From contig JAYQKD010000003.1 of the NCBI GenBank assembly GCA_038142505.1, forward strand, positions 162,041 to 226,040: a DNA stretch of 64,000 nt, read 5' to 3'. Shown in pieces: positions 1-9,691 of the stretch. The notes under the pieces were generated by a model. It was given only the letters and a program-made list of their open reading frames with translations. It was not told the DNA's origin and ran no database searches. Numbering within the stretch: the stretch's first letter is position 1; the number at the start of each line of letters is the position of its first letter. This stretch comes from Gammaproteobacteria bacterium. Lineage in GTDB: Bacteria; Pseudomonadota; Gammaproteobacteria; Magnimaribacterales; D2472. The translations under genes and the position numbers were made by a program.

Positions 1-487
1 AGCTGTAAGAGTCTTTCATTAAAAACTCTCTTCCTCTCATAACTCCGTACCTTGGTCTTACCTCATCTCTAAATTTTGTTTGGATCTGATAAATATTGAG
101 CGGTAATTCTTTATAACTCTTCACATTATTTCTAATAAGATCGGTAATAACTTCTTCATGAGTTGGTCCTAAACAAAAATCTCTATCATGCCTATCTTGT
201 ATTCTTAGAAGCTCTGGTCCCATTTTTTCCCATCTATTGGTTTCATCCCACAATTCCTTTGGTTGAACCATTGGCATTAAAACTTCTTGAGCACCTGAGG
301 CATCCATTTCTTCTCTAACAATATTTTCAATTTTTCTAAGGACTTTTAGACCAAGTGGAAGCCATGTATAAATTCCTGATGCAACCTTTCTAACCATTCC
401 TGCTCTAAGCATTAGTTTGTGACTAATGACTTCAGCTTCTTGGGGTGCATCTTTAAGAGTTGGAAGCAATATTTTTGAAAATAACAT
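1..487 (-). CDS. proS: prolyl-tRNA synthetase, N-terminal ~162 codons (gene runs off the left edge)
   Basis: Reverse-strand translation from the ATG at complement 485-487 reads [61 protein letters not shown]...[29 protein letters not shown]. This is collinear with the bacterial ProS N-terminus. It is absent from the ORF track because the window edge truncates it. Confidence 0.9.
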   Translation of the reverse strand, partial: MLFSKILLPTLKDAPQEAEVISHKLMLRAGMVRKVASGIYTWLPLGLKVLRKIENIVREEMDASGAQEVLMPMVQPKELWDETNRWEKMGPELLRIQDRHDRDFCLGPTHEEVITDLIRNNVKSYKELPLNIYQIQTKFRDEVRPRYGVMRGREFLMKDSYS

Positions 488-551
488 TTTATAAATTAGT
501 TATATGTATAAATCTTAATAGTTTATAATTTTATCTTTTTTTTGAGTACTT

Positions 552-842
552 ATGCCGATTTATGACTATAAATGTTCAAATTGTGGGCAAGAATTTGAAC
601 TAATACAGAAGTTTAGTGATAAACCTAAAACTAAATGTCCAAATTGCGAAAAAGATACTCTTAGTAAGCTTGTATCAGCGCCTTCTTTTAGGTTAAAAGG
701 CGGAGGATGGTACGAAACCGATTTTAAAACTGGTAAAAAAAAGAATTTGGTATCAAACGATAAAGAATCAGCTAACAAATCTTCACAAAATTTGTCATCT
801 GACTCCAAGAAAGTGACTAAACAAGATAAGATTAGTAAATAA
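552..842 (+). CDS. FmdB-family zinc-ribbon protein
   Basis: The N-terminus MPIYDYKCSNCGQEFE...KCPNCEK has two CxxC pairs and the typical Y-x-Y-x-C start of FmdB/CxxC_CxxC_SSSS proteins. The C-terminal tail is low-complexity and Lys/Ser-rich. Confidence 0.8.
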   Translation: MPIYDYKCSNCGQEFELIQKFSDKPKTKCPNCEKDTLSKLVSAPSFRLKGGGWYETDFKTGKKKNLVSNDKESANKSSQNLSSDSKKVTKQDKISK

Positions 843-857
843 CTATAGGGAAAAATT

Positions 858-2624
858 ATGAGATCTCACTATTGTGGAGAAATAACTTCTAAAAATCTTA
901 ATGAAGAGATAACTATCTGTGGCTGGATACACAAAAGACGTGATCATGGTGGGGTTATCTTTCTTGATGTAAGAGATATAAAGGGCATATGTCAGGCTGT
1001 TATTAATCCGGATAACGCAGAATCTTTTGCAATAGCTGAAAGCCTAAGAAATGAGTATGTTGTTCAAATAAGTGGAATAGTAAAAGCAAGATTAGAGGGA
1101 ACAATTAACAAGAATATGACAACAGGCGAAGTAGAGCTTGAAAGCAAAGATATTAAAATTCTAAGCAAAGCTGAAACCCCAGTATTTCCATTAGATGACT
1201 ATCAAGAGGTCAATGAGGATGTTCGCTTAAAAAATAGAGTTCTAGATTTAAGAAGGCCTGAGATGAATCATAGAATTGTTACTAGATCAAAAATTACCTC
1301 AATGATTCGAAATTATCTCGATGATAATGATTTTAATGAAATAGAAACACCTATTTTAACAAGAGCCACTCCTGAGGGAGCTAGAGACTATATATTGCCA
1401 AGCAGGGTGCAGTCAGGAAACTTCTTCGCCTTACCTCAATCACCTCAACTTTTTAAGCAATTGCTAATGATGGGTGGATTAGATAAATACTATCAAATTG
1501 CTAGATGTTTTAGAGATGAGGATCTTAGAGCAGACCGACAACCAGAGTTTACGCAAATAGATATTGAGGCGTCATTTATTGATCAAGATTATATTATGCA
1601 AACTGGTGAAGGTATGGTTAAGGGCCTTATAGAAGAATTTTGTAATGACAAACTAAAAGATTTTGAAGTTTTAGATTGGCATGATGCAATGAGGGATTAT
1701 GGTTGCGATAAGCCTGATCTAAGAATTCCTTTAAAACTCGTTGAAATTTCTGACTTGGTAAAAGATGAAGAATTTAAGGTTTTTGCCGAGCCTGCGAAAG
1801 ATAAAAATTCAAGGGTTGTAGCTTTAAAAATTCCAGGCGGAAACTCATTATCTAGAGGGCAGATAGATGATTACACCAGCTTTGTTTCTAAATTAGGAGC
1901 TAAGGGACTTGCTTATATAAAAGTTAATGACAAAAGTGATATCGAGAATGGACTCCAATCGCCTATATTGAAATTCTTAAAATCAGAAACAGTTGCATCT
2001 TTAGTAAAAGATTTGGATTTAGAAAATGATGATCTATTATTTTTTGGAGCTGGCAAGCAAAACGTTGTTAATCTAAGTATGAGTAGCTTAATCAAGAAGA
2101 TAGGCGAAGACTTATCCTTGTATACTGAAAAATGGGCTCCATGTTGGGTTGTTAATTTTCCTATGTTTGAAAAAAACAGTGAAGGCAATTTAACATCTCT
2201 CCATCACCCATTCACTTTACCTAATTGTTCTATTGATGAATTAACAAATGCGCCAGAAGAAGCTATTGCATATGCATACGACATAGTTCTAAATGGCTAT
2301 GAAATAGGCGGAGGCTCATTAAGGGTTTTTGATGCAGAAATGCAAAGCGCTATCTTTGACATTCTTCAAATAAGCAAAGAAGAAGCTAACAGTAAATTTG
2401 GTTTTTTAATTAAAGCATTATCATCTGGTTGTCCGCCTCATGGTGGAATTGCATTTGGACTTGATAGGTTAGTAATGCTTATTACAGATACTAATAACAT
2501 TAGAGATGTCATCGCATTCCCAAAAACACAAAGCGCAACCTGTTTATTAACCGATGCACCTAGCAAGGTTGATCAAAAACAACTAGATGAACTAAAAATT
2601 ATCAGTACTCACAAGGAAGAATAG
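858..2624 (+). CDS. aspS: aspartyl-tRNA synthetase
   Basis: Intact 588-aa ORF with MRSHYCGE...[19 protein letters not shown], the class II motifs [18 protein letters not shown] and GGSLRV, and [16 protein letters not shown]. Confidence 0.97.
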   Translation: MRSHYCGEITSKNLNEEITICGWIHKRRDHGGVIFLDVRDIKGICQAVINPDNAESFAIAESLRNEYVVQISGIVKARLEGTINKNMTTGEVELESKDIKILSKAETPVFPLDDYQEVNEDVRLKNRVLDLRRPEMNHRIVTRSKITSMIRNYLDDNDFNEIETPILTRATPEGARDYILPSRVQSGNFFALPQSPQLFKQLLMMGGLDKYYQIARCFRDEDLRADRQPEFTQIDIEASFIDQDYIMQTGEGMVKGLIEEFCNDKLKDFEVLDWHDAMRDYGCDKPDLRIPLKLVEISDLVKDEEFKVFAEPAKDKNSRVVALKIPGGNSLSRGQIDDYTSFVSKLGAKGLAYIKVNDKSDIENGLQSPILKFLKSETVASLVKDLDLENDDLLFFGAGKQNVVNLSMSSLIKKIGEDLSLYTEKWAPCWVVNFPMFEKNSEGNLTSLHHPFTLPNCSIDELTNAPEEAIAYAYDIVLNGYEIGGGSLRVFDAEMQSAIFDILQISKEEANSKFGFLIKALSSGCPPHGGIAFGLDRLVMLITDTNNIRDVIAFPKTQSATCLLTDAPSKVDQKQLDELKIISTHKEE

Positions 2625-2628
2625 GTAT

Positions 2629-3366
2629 ATGGCTGGACATTCCAAATGGGCAAACATTAAGCATAGAAAAGCTCGACAAGATGCGTCTAGAGGAAAAATT
2701 TGGACCAAAGTTATTAGAGAGATAACAGTTGCTGCAAAAGGAGGTCCTGATCCTGATGACAACCCAAGGTTAAGGCTTGCTTTAGATAAAGCAAATGCAG
2801 CCAATATGCCTAAAGATAATATTAAAAGAGCAATTGAAAAAGGCTCTGGTACTGGTGAAACAGGAGCGCTTGAAGAAATTGTATTGGAAGGATATGGACC
2901 TGGTGGCGTAGCTATTTTAGTTGAAGCTATGTCGGATAATAGAAACAGAACTGTCTCTGATGTCAGGCATGCATTTTCTAAGTTTGGAGGCAATTTAGGT
3001 ACAGATGGATCTGTATCCTATTTATTTAATAAACTGGGAATCATTCATATATCTAAAGACTTTTCAGAAGAAGATTTGTTAGAGGTTGTTCTAGATGCTG
3101 GAGCTGAGGATTTAGTTGATGAAGGCGATTACTTTGAGGTAATCACTTCAAGCACTGATTTGAGTAATGTACTAGAGGCTCTTAAAACTAACAACATTGA
3201 GCATACAAATGCTGAATTAACTCTTAGGGCAGAAACATCTGTTTCTTTAGATCAAGAGATGTCAGAAAAAGTGCTAAAAATTATGGACTTTATGGATGAA
3301 TTAGATGATGTCCAAGAGGTTCATACAAATGCTGAATTTCCAGAAAACTTTGAGGTTAAAGAGTAA
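2629..3366 (+). CDS. yebC: YebC/PmpR-family transcriptional regulator
   Basis: MAGHSKWANIKHRKARQDASRGKIWTKVIREI is the hallmark YebC N-terminus. The position directly after aspS matches Pseudomonas. Confidence 0.95.
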   Translation: MAGHSKWANIKHRKARQDASRGKIWTKVIREITVAAKGGPDPDDNPRLRLALDKANAANMPKDNIKRAIEKGSGTGETGALEEIVLEGYGPGGVAILVEAMSDNRNRTVSDVRHAFSKFGGNLGTDGSVSYLFNKLGIIHISKDFSEEDLLEVVLDAGAEDLVDEGDYFEVITSSTDLSNVLEALKTNNIEHTNAELTLRAETSVSLDQEMSEKVLKIMDFMDELDDVQEVHTNAEFPENFEVKE

Positions 3367-3369
3367 AAA

Positions 3370-3795
3370 TTGTCTATAAATTCAAGAAATAAAGGTGCAG
3401 CTTTTGAAAGACAAATTGCAAATGCTCTAATTGAAGACCTTAATCTAACAAATCCAGTTAAAAGAATATTAGAACAAACAAGAACGAAGGAATTACCAGA
3501 TTTAATGCTGGGAAATTGGTGCATAGAATGTAAAGCCTATGGCACAGGAGCTGAACCTAGACCGGATTGGTGGGATCAAGTACTAGCTTCCTCACAAGGC
3601 ACAAATTTGAAACCAGCGTTAGTTTATAAATTTAATAACAGACCAATAAAAGTAAGAGTTCTAGCCTCATCAATAAATAATAAAATTAAAAACAATTTAA
3701 TAACTGTAGATTTGCTATGGCCTGATTTTATTCAAATTATTCTAGAACTTTTTCAAGAAGATATAGAACTTCATGAGCAAAATTTTCAAGCATAA
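3370..3795 (+). CDS. small PD-(D/E)XK nuclease, Hjc/VRR-NUC-like (putative structure-specific endonuclease)
   Basis: 141-aa ORF with a TTG start 3 nt after the yebC stop, overlapping ybgC by 23 nt. The motifs 'SRNKGAAFERQIANAL', 'PDLML' and 'CIECK' give E13...D44-x8-E53-x-K55, the catalytic arrangement of the restriction-endonuclease-like fold. It occupies the slot of ruvCAB in the otherwise conserved gene order. The assignment rests on motifs only and no search was run. Confidence 0.5.
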   Translation: MSINSRNKGAAFERQIANALIEDLNLTNPVKRILEQTRTKELPDLMLGNWCIECKAYGTGAEPRPDWWDQVLASSQGTNLKPALVYKFNNRPIKVRVLASSINNKIKNNLITVDLLWPDFIQIILELFQEDIELHEQNFQA

Positions 3796-4201
3796 AGATT
3801 TCGAATTAACTATCTTTGTTGAAGATACTGATTTTCAAGGTTTTGTATATCATGCTAATTACATAAAATATTTTGAAAGAGCTAGATCTAACTTTTTAAC
3901 TATAAATGGCATCTCACAGAATGATCTAAGACAATCAAATCTTGGTTTTGTAATCAAAAGAATCGATATAGATTTTTTATATCCAGCTAAACTTGGTGAA
4001 AAATTAATAGTTCAGACCGAGGTTGAAAAGAAATCTAAAGCTAGGATGCTTTTTAATCAAAAAATCATAAGTGATGACAACAAAAATCAAATCTGTGAAG
4101 GAAGTGTTGAAGTTTGTTTGGTAGATATTGAGACAAAAAAACCAAAACCTTTTCCTAATGATTTATTATTAATTTTTGATAACGGTGAAGCGCATGGATG
4201 A
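3773..4201 (+). CDS. ybgC: Tol-Pal-associated acyl-CoA thioesterase (4HBT family)
   Basis: FVEDTDFQGFVYHANYIKYFERAR is the YbgC/4HBT hot-dog signature. The gene lies immediately upstream of tolQ. Confidence 0.9.
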   Translation: MSKIFKHKDFELTIFVEDTDFQGFVYHANYIKYFERARSNFLTINGISQNDLRQSNLGFVIKRIDIDFLYPAKLGEKLIVQTEVEKKSKARMLFNQKIISDDNKNQICEGSVEVCLVDIETKKPKPFPNDLLLIFDNGEAHG

Positions 4202-4862
4202 TATTTCAGTTTTAAACCTTTTTTTAGATGCCGGTTTGGTTGTAAAGACCGTAATGATTATATTGTTAATAGCATCATTATTAACCTGGATAGTAATCGT
4301 AGAAAGATATAATTTTTATAAAAAAATTAAATTAATCAATGATAGTTTTCTAGATAGATTTTGGAGCGGAGAGGATCTTAATACTCTTTATAGTGAGTTA
4401 GAAAATCACGAAGGCCCATTATTTGGTTCATTGGGTGTATTCAAAAGTGCATTCAAAGAGTTTCTTCAGATAAGTAAAAATAAAGAAATTACTGAGCTAG
4501 ATTTAGAGGGTATTAATAGATGTATGCGTGTTGCAATAGCTTCAGATGAAGAGGAGATGAATAAACACCTTCCTTTTTTAGCAAACGTAGGATCAGTAAG
4601 TCCATACATTGGCTTATTGGGAACTGTTTGGGGAATTATGACCTCATTCCAAGGTTTATCTGATGCCACTCAAGCTACCATTAATGCCGTTGCTCCAGGG
4701 ATATCAGAAGCACTAGTCGCAACTGCAATGGGGCTCTTTGCTGCCATACCTGCAGTTATTGCTTTTAATAAATATACTTCTGAACTTGAGACAATGAGTC
4801 AATCAACTCTTATTTTCTCAGAAGAACTTGCAAGTATTTTTTATAAGCAATCTATAAAATAA
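4194..4862 (+). CDS. tolQ: Tol-Pal system protein TolQ
   Basis: MotA/TolQ/ExbB family: LPFLANVGSVSPYIGLLGTVWGIM..F and AVAPGISEALVATAMGLFAAIPAVIAFN. The ORF track starts at TTG 4176; the in-frame ATG at 4194 is the more likely start. Confidence 0.93.
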   Translation: MDDISVLNLFLDAGLVVKTVMIILLIASLLTWIVIVERYNFYKKIKLINDSFLDRFWSGEDLNTLYSELENHEGPLFGSLGVFKSAFKEFLQISKNKEITELDLEGINRCMRVAIASDEEEMNKHLPFLANVGSVSPYIGLLGTVWGIMTSFQGLSDATQATINAVAPGISEALVATAMGLFAAIPAVIAFNKYTSELETMSQSTLIFSEELASIFYKQSIK

Positions 4863-5285
4863 ATGATATACAGATTAGCAAAAAAAAAGACATTAAAGGC
4901 AGAGATAAATGTTGTGCCATACATAGATGTAATGTTGGTTTTGTTAATTATTTTTATGGTTTTGTCTCCGCTATTAATTCAAGGAATAGAAGTTAACTTA
5001 CCCAATACAGATACAACAAAAATGTCTGTACAAAATGAGCCTTTAGTAATTTCTATTAATAAAGAAGGTGAATATTTTATTAATGTTGGTGATGAGTCTT
5101 TGCCTATTGATCTAGAGGAGCTAAAAAGAAAATCTAGTGTAATCTTTGAAGCAAATCCTGAGATAGAAATAGTATTCCAAAGCGATAAAGATGTAATTTT
5201 TGATAGTGTAGCTAAGGCTATGGCTGCCGTTCAAAGTGTTGGTATTTCAAAAATAGGAATTGTCACAACAGGCTATGCAAATTAA
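4863..5285 (+). CDS. tolR: Tol-Pal system protein TolR (ExbD family)
   Basis: EINVVPYIDVMLVLLIIFMV is the ExbD/TolR N-terminal TM motif. The gene lies between tolQ and tolA. Confidence 0.93.
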   Translation: MIYRLAKKKTLKAEINVVPYIDVMLVLLIIFMVLSPLLIQGIEVNLPNTDTTKMSVQNEPLVISINKEGEYFINVGDESLPIDLEELKRKSSVIFEANPEIEIVFQSDKDVIFDSVAKAMAAVQSVGISKIGIVTTGYAN

Positions 5286-5883
5286 ATCTGATTATTTTGT
5301 AGCTTCTTTTATATCTTTTGTAATTCACGCAACAATAATTTTATATTTAACAGATTTTTTTTATTTTGAAAAAAACACCAGACCTGTTTTAAGCAAGCCT
5401 GTAAATGTTGAGCTTTTATTTGAGAAAGAAGTGCCCCAAAAATCTTTACCAATAAAAAATATTCAAAAAAAGACTATTGAACAAGTCCAAGTTAATCAAG
5501 CTGAGAATAAGATTGAATTAACTCCAGTTATTCCGGAGACAGATATTAATAATTTAATCAAAGAAGATGAATTAGCGCAGGAAAAATCTGACAATATTTT
5601 AATTAATGAGTACAGCAATTTAATAATTCAATCTATTCAATCAGCTTGGATCAAGCCGCAAAATATTCAAGATGGGCTAGTATGCGATCTTAGAATGACA
5701 ATAAATAAAAATGGCCGAGTAACTCGAATTGATTTAATAAAAAGTAGCGGCAATATAAGATTTGATAATTCTGCAATAAAGGCTATCTCGAGGGTTGAAA
5801 CCTTCTCTTTCTTTAATAAAATTCCATTTAATTTATACCAAAACAATTTTAAAAATATAGTTATTACATTTAATCCTTCATGA
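5275..5883 (+). CDS. tolA: Tol-Pal system protein TolA (short form)
   Basis: One N-terminal TM segment (FVASFISFVIHATIILYL), a short charged linker and a TonB_C-like C-terminus (YSNLIIQSIQSAWIKP...CDLRMTINKNGRVTRIDLIKSSGN..FDNSAIKAI). Position and order support the call. ATG 5275 is in frame with the track start at 5260. Confidence 0.8.
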   Translation: MQIKSDYFVASFISFVIHATIILYLTDFFYFEKNTRPVLSKPVNVELLFEKEVPQKSLPIKNIQKKTIEQVQVNQAENKIELTPVIPETDINNLIKEDELAQEKSDNILINEYSNLIIQSIQSAWIKPQNIQDGLVCDLRMTINKNGRVTRIDLIKSSGNIRFDNSAIKAISRVETFSFFNKIPFNLYQNNFKNIVITFNPS

Positions 5884-7159
5884 AAAAAGCATTATTGATA
5901 TTTATTCTATTTTCACAACCAATTATCTCAGAGTTGGTTTTAGAAATTACAAAAGGATCAGATGATCCATATTCAATAGCAATAATTAATTTTGATGGCC
6001 CAAAAAATATTAATAATCAAATTGGCTCTATAGTTAGCAATGACCTAAATAGGACAGGAGAGTTCCGTATTCTTAAAGATAATCAACTCCTGTCATCACC
6101 AGCAAATCAAGACGAGAAATTAATTATGATGATTTTAAGTTATTGAATGTTGATTTTATTGTAATGGGCGCAACCTCTCAGGAAGATAAAAGCAATATAT
6201 CGGTTGCTTATGAAATTTATAGTGTTAATAAGAAATCTAAGATAAGAACTTCAACGGTATACGGCATTCCAAACAGATTAAGACAATTATCACACTATAT
6301 TAGCGATGGAATATATGAAGAGGTAACAGGAATTAAAGGAGTTGCATCTACAAGATTGTTATATGTAACTGAGCAAATAATAGATAGTAAATCGTTATTC
6401 AAACTAGTTGTAGCCGACGCAGATGGTGAGAATGAGCAAGTTCTTCTTAGGAGTAGGGAGCCAATTATTTCTCCTTCATGGTCACCAGACTCAAAAGAAG
6501 TTGCATATGTCTCTTTTGAGACTGGCATGGCAAAAGTATATATACAAAATATTGCATCTGGATCAAGAGAGCTAGTTCTAGAAAATAATTCTCAAATAAG
6601 TTCTCCCTCATGGTCGCCAAATGGCAAGTTCTTATCACTGACTCTTTATCAGGATGGTAATGCTGAAATTTATATACTAAATCTTAAAAATAAAAATTTA
6701 ACTAGATTAACCAATCATTATTCAATTGATACAGAATCTTCATGGTCACCTAACGGTTCAAAGATTATGTTTACCTCAGGCAGATCTGGTTCACCTCAGT
6801 TATATGAAATTAATTTAAGAAAATTTAATGCAAAACCAAAAAGAATTACTTTTGAAGGTAACTACAATGCTAAAGGATCATATTTACCAAACGGTGAAGG
6901 TATTGTTTTTGTTCATCGTAAAGATAATAGTTTTCAGATAGCTTTAAAATACTTTAATGAAAATTTTGTACGTGCCCTTACTAAATCAAGATTAGATGAA
7001 TCACCTAGTATTTCTCCTAACGGGAATGTGATAATCTATGCAATATCGGAAGATGGAACAGGGCTACTGGCTGGACTAACTTTAAGCGGCGCTAGATTTA
7101 GGCTTCCAACTAAAATTGGACAAGTTAGAGAGCCTTCATGGTCTGGTTTTTTAAGATAA
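5880..7159 (+). CDS. tolB: Tol-Pal system beta-propeller protein TolB (split by one frameshift between 6083 and 6146)
   Basis: ORFs 5880..6146 (signal peptide plus N-domain) and 6143..7159 (repeated SPSWSPDS/SPSWSPNG/SWSPNGS/SPSISPNG propeller blades) together give about 427 codons. The second frame is open back to 6083 and reads ...NYDDFKLLNVDFIVMG. Confidence 0.9.
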
Positions 7160-7175
7160 TTTATGGAGAAAACAA

Positions 7176-7679
7176 ATGCTTAGTATTAAAAAAATTAAAA
7201 ATATAAATTTATATAACTTATTTATTCTAGTTTTCTTAATTTCGTCTTGCTCAAGCATGAATGTAACCGAGGAAGTTGTATATGACGGAGGCATCAGAAC
7301 AGTTGAAGCTTCTATGCAAGAGGATACTGAATTAGATTATGAGACAAAGGCAATTTTTACAAACGCAACGGTTTATTTTGAGTTTGATAAATTCAATTTA
7401 AATAGCAAGTCTCTTCAAACCCTTAAAAGTGCTGTTTCGGCTATGAAAGACAATCAATCTATTCGTATCACAATTGCTGGACATGCAGATGAAAGAGGAA
7501 CTAGAGAATACAATTTAGCTTTAGGACAAAGAAGAGCAGATGCTGTAAAAGATTATTTTGTTTTAAGTGGCATAGACAAAAACAGAATTAGTGTAAAAAG
7601 TTATGGCGAAGAAAGACCAGCATCATTTGGGTCTGATGAAGTTAGTTATTCTAAAAATAGAAGAGCAGAAATTAACTAA
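7176..7679 (+). CDS. pal: peptidoglycan-associated lipoprotein Pal (OmpA_C domain)
   Basis: Lipobox LISSC, followed by the OmpA-like motif YFEFDKFNL...IAGHADERGTREYNLALGQRRADAVKDY. Confidence 0.95.
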   Translation: MLSIKKIKNINLYNLFILVFLISSCSSMNVTEEVVYDGGIRTVEASMQEDTELDYETKAIFTNATVYFEFDKFNLNSKSLQTLKSAVSAMKDNQSIRITIAGHADERGTREYNLALGQRRADAVKDYFVLSGIDKNRISVKSYGEERPASFGSDEVSYSKNRRAEIN

Positions 7680-7683
7680 ATAA

Positions 7684-8325
7684 ATGCTTAAACAAAGAAT
7701 AATATTTTCATTATTTTTTATATATTCATCTTTTTTAATTTCTGAGGATGATAATGTAGAAGTTGATTTATTATTTTTAAAAATACAAGAATTAGAATCA
7801 GAAATTGCCGAGCTTAGAAATATTTTAGAATCTCAAGATTATTTAATTCAAAAATTAATACAAGAATCTGTAGATGATTCAGAGTCTAATGAAGATTCTA
7901 GCAATCTTGCCTCAGATAATACTGTAAGGTTTGCAGGAATTGATGATACTAGAAGTAAAGAGGAGGTTTACAAGAGTGCAACTCAATCTCTTCAAAATCA
8001 AGACTTCGAAAAAGCCAGTTCTTTGTTTAAATTTTTCGTAGATAATTTTAAGGATGAAGAAAAATTACCTCTTTCAATCTTTTGGTTAGGAGAGATAGCA
8101 TTGATTCAAAACAAGCTAGAATCATCACAAGAATATTTCTTAGAATTAGTTAATCTATATCCCTCACACTACAGAACTCCTCTTGCTCACAAGAAAATTG
8201 GAGATATTTTTCTTAAAAAGAATGAACTTGAAAAGGCAAAAGATAAATATAATTTTGTAATAAGAGAATATCCAAATGACACTGCTTCATCTTTGGCCTT
8301 GCAGTTATTGAAAAATATGGAATAA
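7684..8325 (+). CDS. cpoB: cell-division coordinator CpoB/YbgF (coiled coil plus TPR)
   Basis: Signal peptide, an N-terminal coiled coil (LKIQELESEIAELRNILE) and C-terminal TPR-like repeats. It is the last gene of the tol-pal cluster. Confidence 0.85.
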   Translation: MLKQRIIFSLFFIYSSFLISEDDNVEVDLLFLKIQELESEIAELRNILESQDYLIQKLIQESVDDSESNEDSSNLASDNTVRFAGIDDTRSKEEVYKSATQSLQNQDFEKASSLFKFFVDNFKDEEKLPLSIFWLGEIALIQNKLESSQEYFLELVNLYPSHYRTPLAHKKIGDIFLKKNELEKAKDKYNFVIREYPNDTASSLALQLLKNME

Positions 8326-8352
8326 TCACCTTTTTTTATTATGCAATACCAT

Positions 8353-8428
8353 GGGTCGCTAGCTCAGCTGGTAGAGCAGTTGGCTTTTAACCAATTGGTC
8401 ACAGGTTCGAATCCTGTGCGACCCACCA
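8353..8428 (+). tRNA. tRNA-Lys (anticodon UUU)
   Basis: GGGTCGCTAGCTCAGCTGGTAGAGCAGTTGGCTTTTAACCAATTGGTCACAGGTTCGAATCCTGTGCGACCCACCA. The acceptor stem is GGGTCGC/GCGACCC, the anticodon loop is CTTTTAA, the T-arm is GGTTCGAATCC and the CCA is encoded. Confidence 0.95.
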
Positions 8429-8449
8429 TTCATAGGGCATAATATTTCC

Positions 8450-9691
8450 ATGAAACTAAAAAATACCATCCTAACAAGTTTTTTATTCTTTTTAGTTTTA
8501 GCATCCTGGTATGTCATAAGAGGTATTAGAAATGAAATGGCTGTAGAAAATTATGGCCAAGATTTTTTGTTAATACTTTTGTCTTTTACGGCACTGACCA
8601 TGCTAATAATCAATCCAATATATTCATGGATAGCTTCCAGAAAAAACTTTAAAAAAATAATTACATATTGTTATTCATTTTTGATAATGAACCTATTTGT
8701 TTTTATTCTTTACTCTCGTTCACTAGGTGAAGGTGATATAACTCAACAGATGTGGTTGGGTAGGGTATTTTATGTTTGGTGCAATATATATTCTTTTTTT
8801 GTTGTTTCAATTTTTTGGGTACTGGTAATAAATATTTTTAGAGACTCTCAGTCAAGAAAATTATATGGATTTATCATGGCAGGCGGATCATTGGGAGCAA
8901 TTGTTGGTTCTGAGATATCAGTAAGACTTTCAGAATCATATACAAATTATGGTTTAGAATTATTCGCCCTGGCATCTTCTTTATTATTATTTCTTGCAAT
9001 TATTGTCGCTACATACTTAGTCAATCTTAATAATTCTGAGGTGCTTATTAAAAAAGTAGGTGGAAATTGGTCTGATGCAATTTCAAATATAATTTCAGTA
9101 AAAGAGGTTAAGTCGGTTGCTTTATATTCATGGCTGTTTACTGCATTGATGACAGTTCAGTGGATCAGCGCAATACCAATTATTGAATCTTATTCAGATT
9201 TATCACCAGATAGAATAGTTTTATTTAATCGTATTGAGCAACTAGTTTCGCCTTTAACTTTAATAACTCAGTTAACATTGACATATCTAGTAATATCTTA
9301 CCTTGGCACCTCTATGATCCTAATTATTTATGGTTTGTTATTTATTGTTGTTTTTCTTTTATATGGTTTGATGCCATCTGTAGGTGTGGTAGTTTTTTCT
9401 CAAGCTTTATTAAGAGTTTTTGAATATGGCTTCAATAAACCTAGAGAAATTATTTATAGCCAACTAAAGAAAAAAGATAGATATAAATCAACTGTGTTTA
9501 TCGATACTTTTATAACTAGGTTTGGTGATTTAACCGGGAGCCTCTTTGTAGGTATTGGAAAAGTAGCAGCAATAAGTATTACCGTTGTTCCACTTCTAGC
9601 GATACCATTTGCTGGTATTTTTTCATTAACAGGATATAAAATTTCAAAAATTTTCGAAGGTAAGTCTAAAAACCTCGAGATTCACCAATAG
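8450..9691 (+). CDS. TLC (ATP/ADP translocase, Npt1/Npt2-like) family membrane transporter
   Basis: Polytopic 413-aa protein. WYVIRGIRNEMAV near the N-terminus and GRVFYVWCNIYSFFVVSIFWVLVINIFRDSQSRKLYGFIMAGGSLGAIVGS match my recollection of the TLC-family core (FYv..elw...v.s.FW.faN.i....eAKRfY.l.g.ga..G). The substrate cannot be inferred. Confidence 0.55.
   Translation: MKLKNTILTSFLFFLVLASWYVIRGIRNEMAVENYGQDFLLILLSFTALTMLIINPIYSWIASRKNFKKIITYCYSFLIMNLFVFILYSRSLGEGDITQQMWLGRVFYVWCNIYSFFVVSIFWVLVINIFRDSQSRKLYGFIMAGGSLGAIVGSEISVRLSESYTNYGLELFALASSLLLFLAIIVATYLVNLNNSEVLIKKVGGNWSDAISNIISVKEVKSVALYSWLFTALMTVQWISAIPIIESYSDLSPDRIVLFNRIEQLVSPLTLITQLTLTYLVISYLGTSMILIIYGLLFIVVFLLYGLMPSVGVVVFSQALLRVFEYGFNKPREIIYSQLKKKDRYKSTVFIDTFITRFGDLTGSLFVGIGKVAAISITVVPLLAIPFAGIFSLTGYKISKIFEGKSKNLEIHQ

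Noticed and set aside
2592-2993. Long antisense ORFs inside conserved genes: 566..808, 1913..2188, 2592..2993, 3321..3524, 4466..4669, 6295..6528, 10494..10933, 17004..17216, 18634..18843, 20444..20713, 21030..21215, 21439..21936, 22604..22831, 25159..25470, 27934..28461, 29050..29274, 33317..33562, 34123..34473, 35925..36290, 36521..36754, 38953..39207, 41842..42087, 42381..42671, 43622..43822, 44587..44778, 46429..46674, 51286..51645, 53725..53910, 57803..58109 and 61606..61794
   Set aside because: All lie opposite strongly supported coding sequence. Their compositions are low-complexity (Ser/Pro/Ile/Leu-rich), none has a recognisable motif or RBS, and such shadow ORFs are expected by chance.
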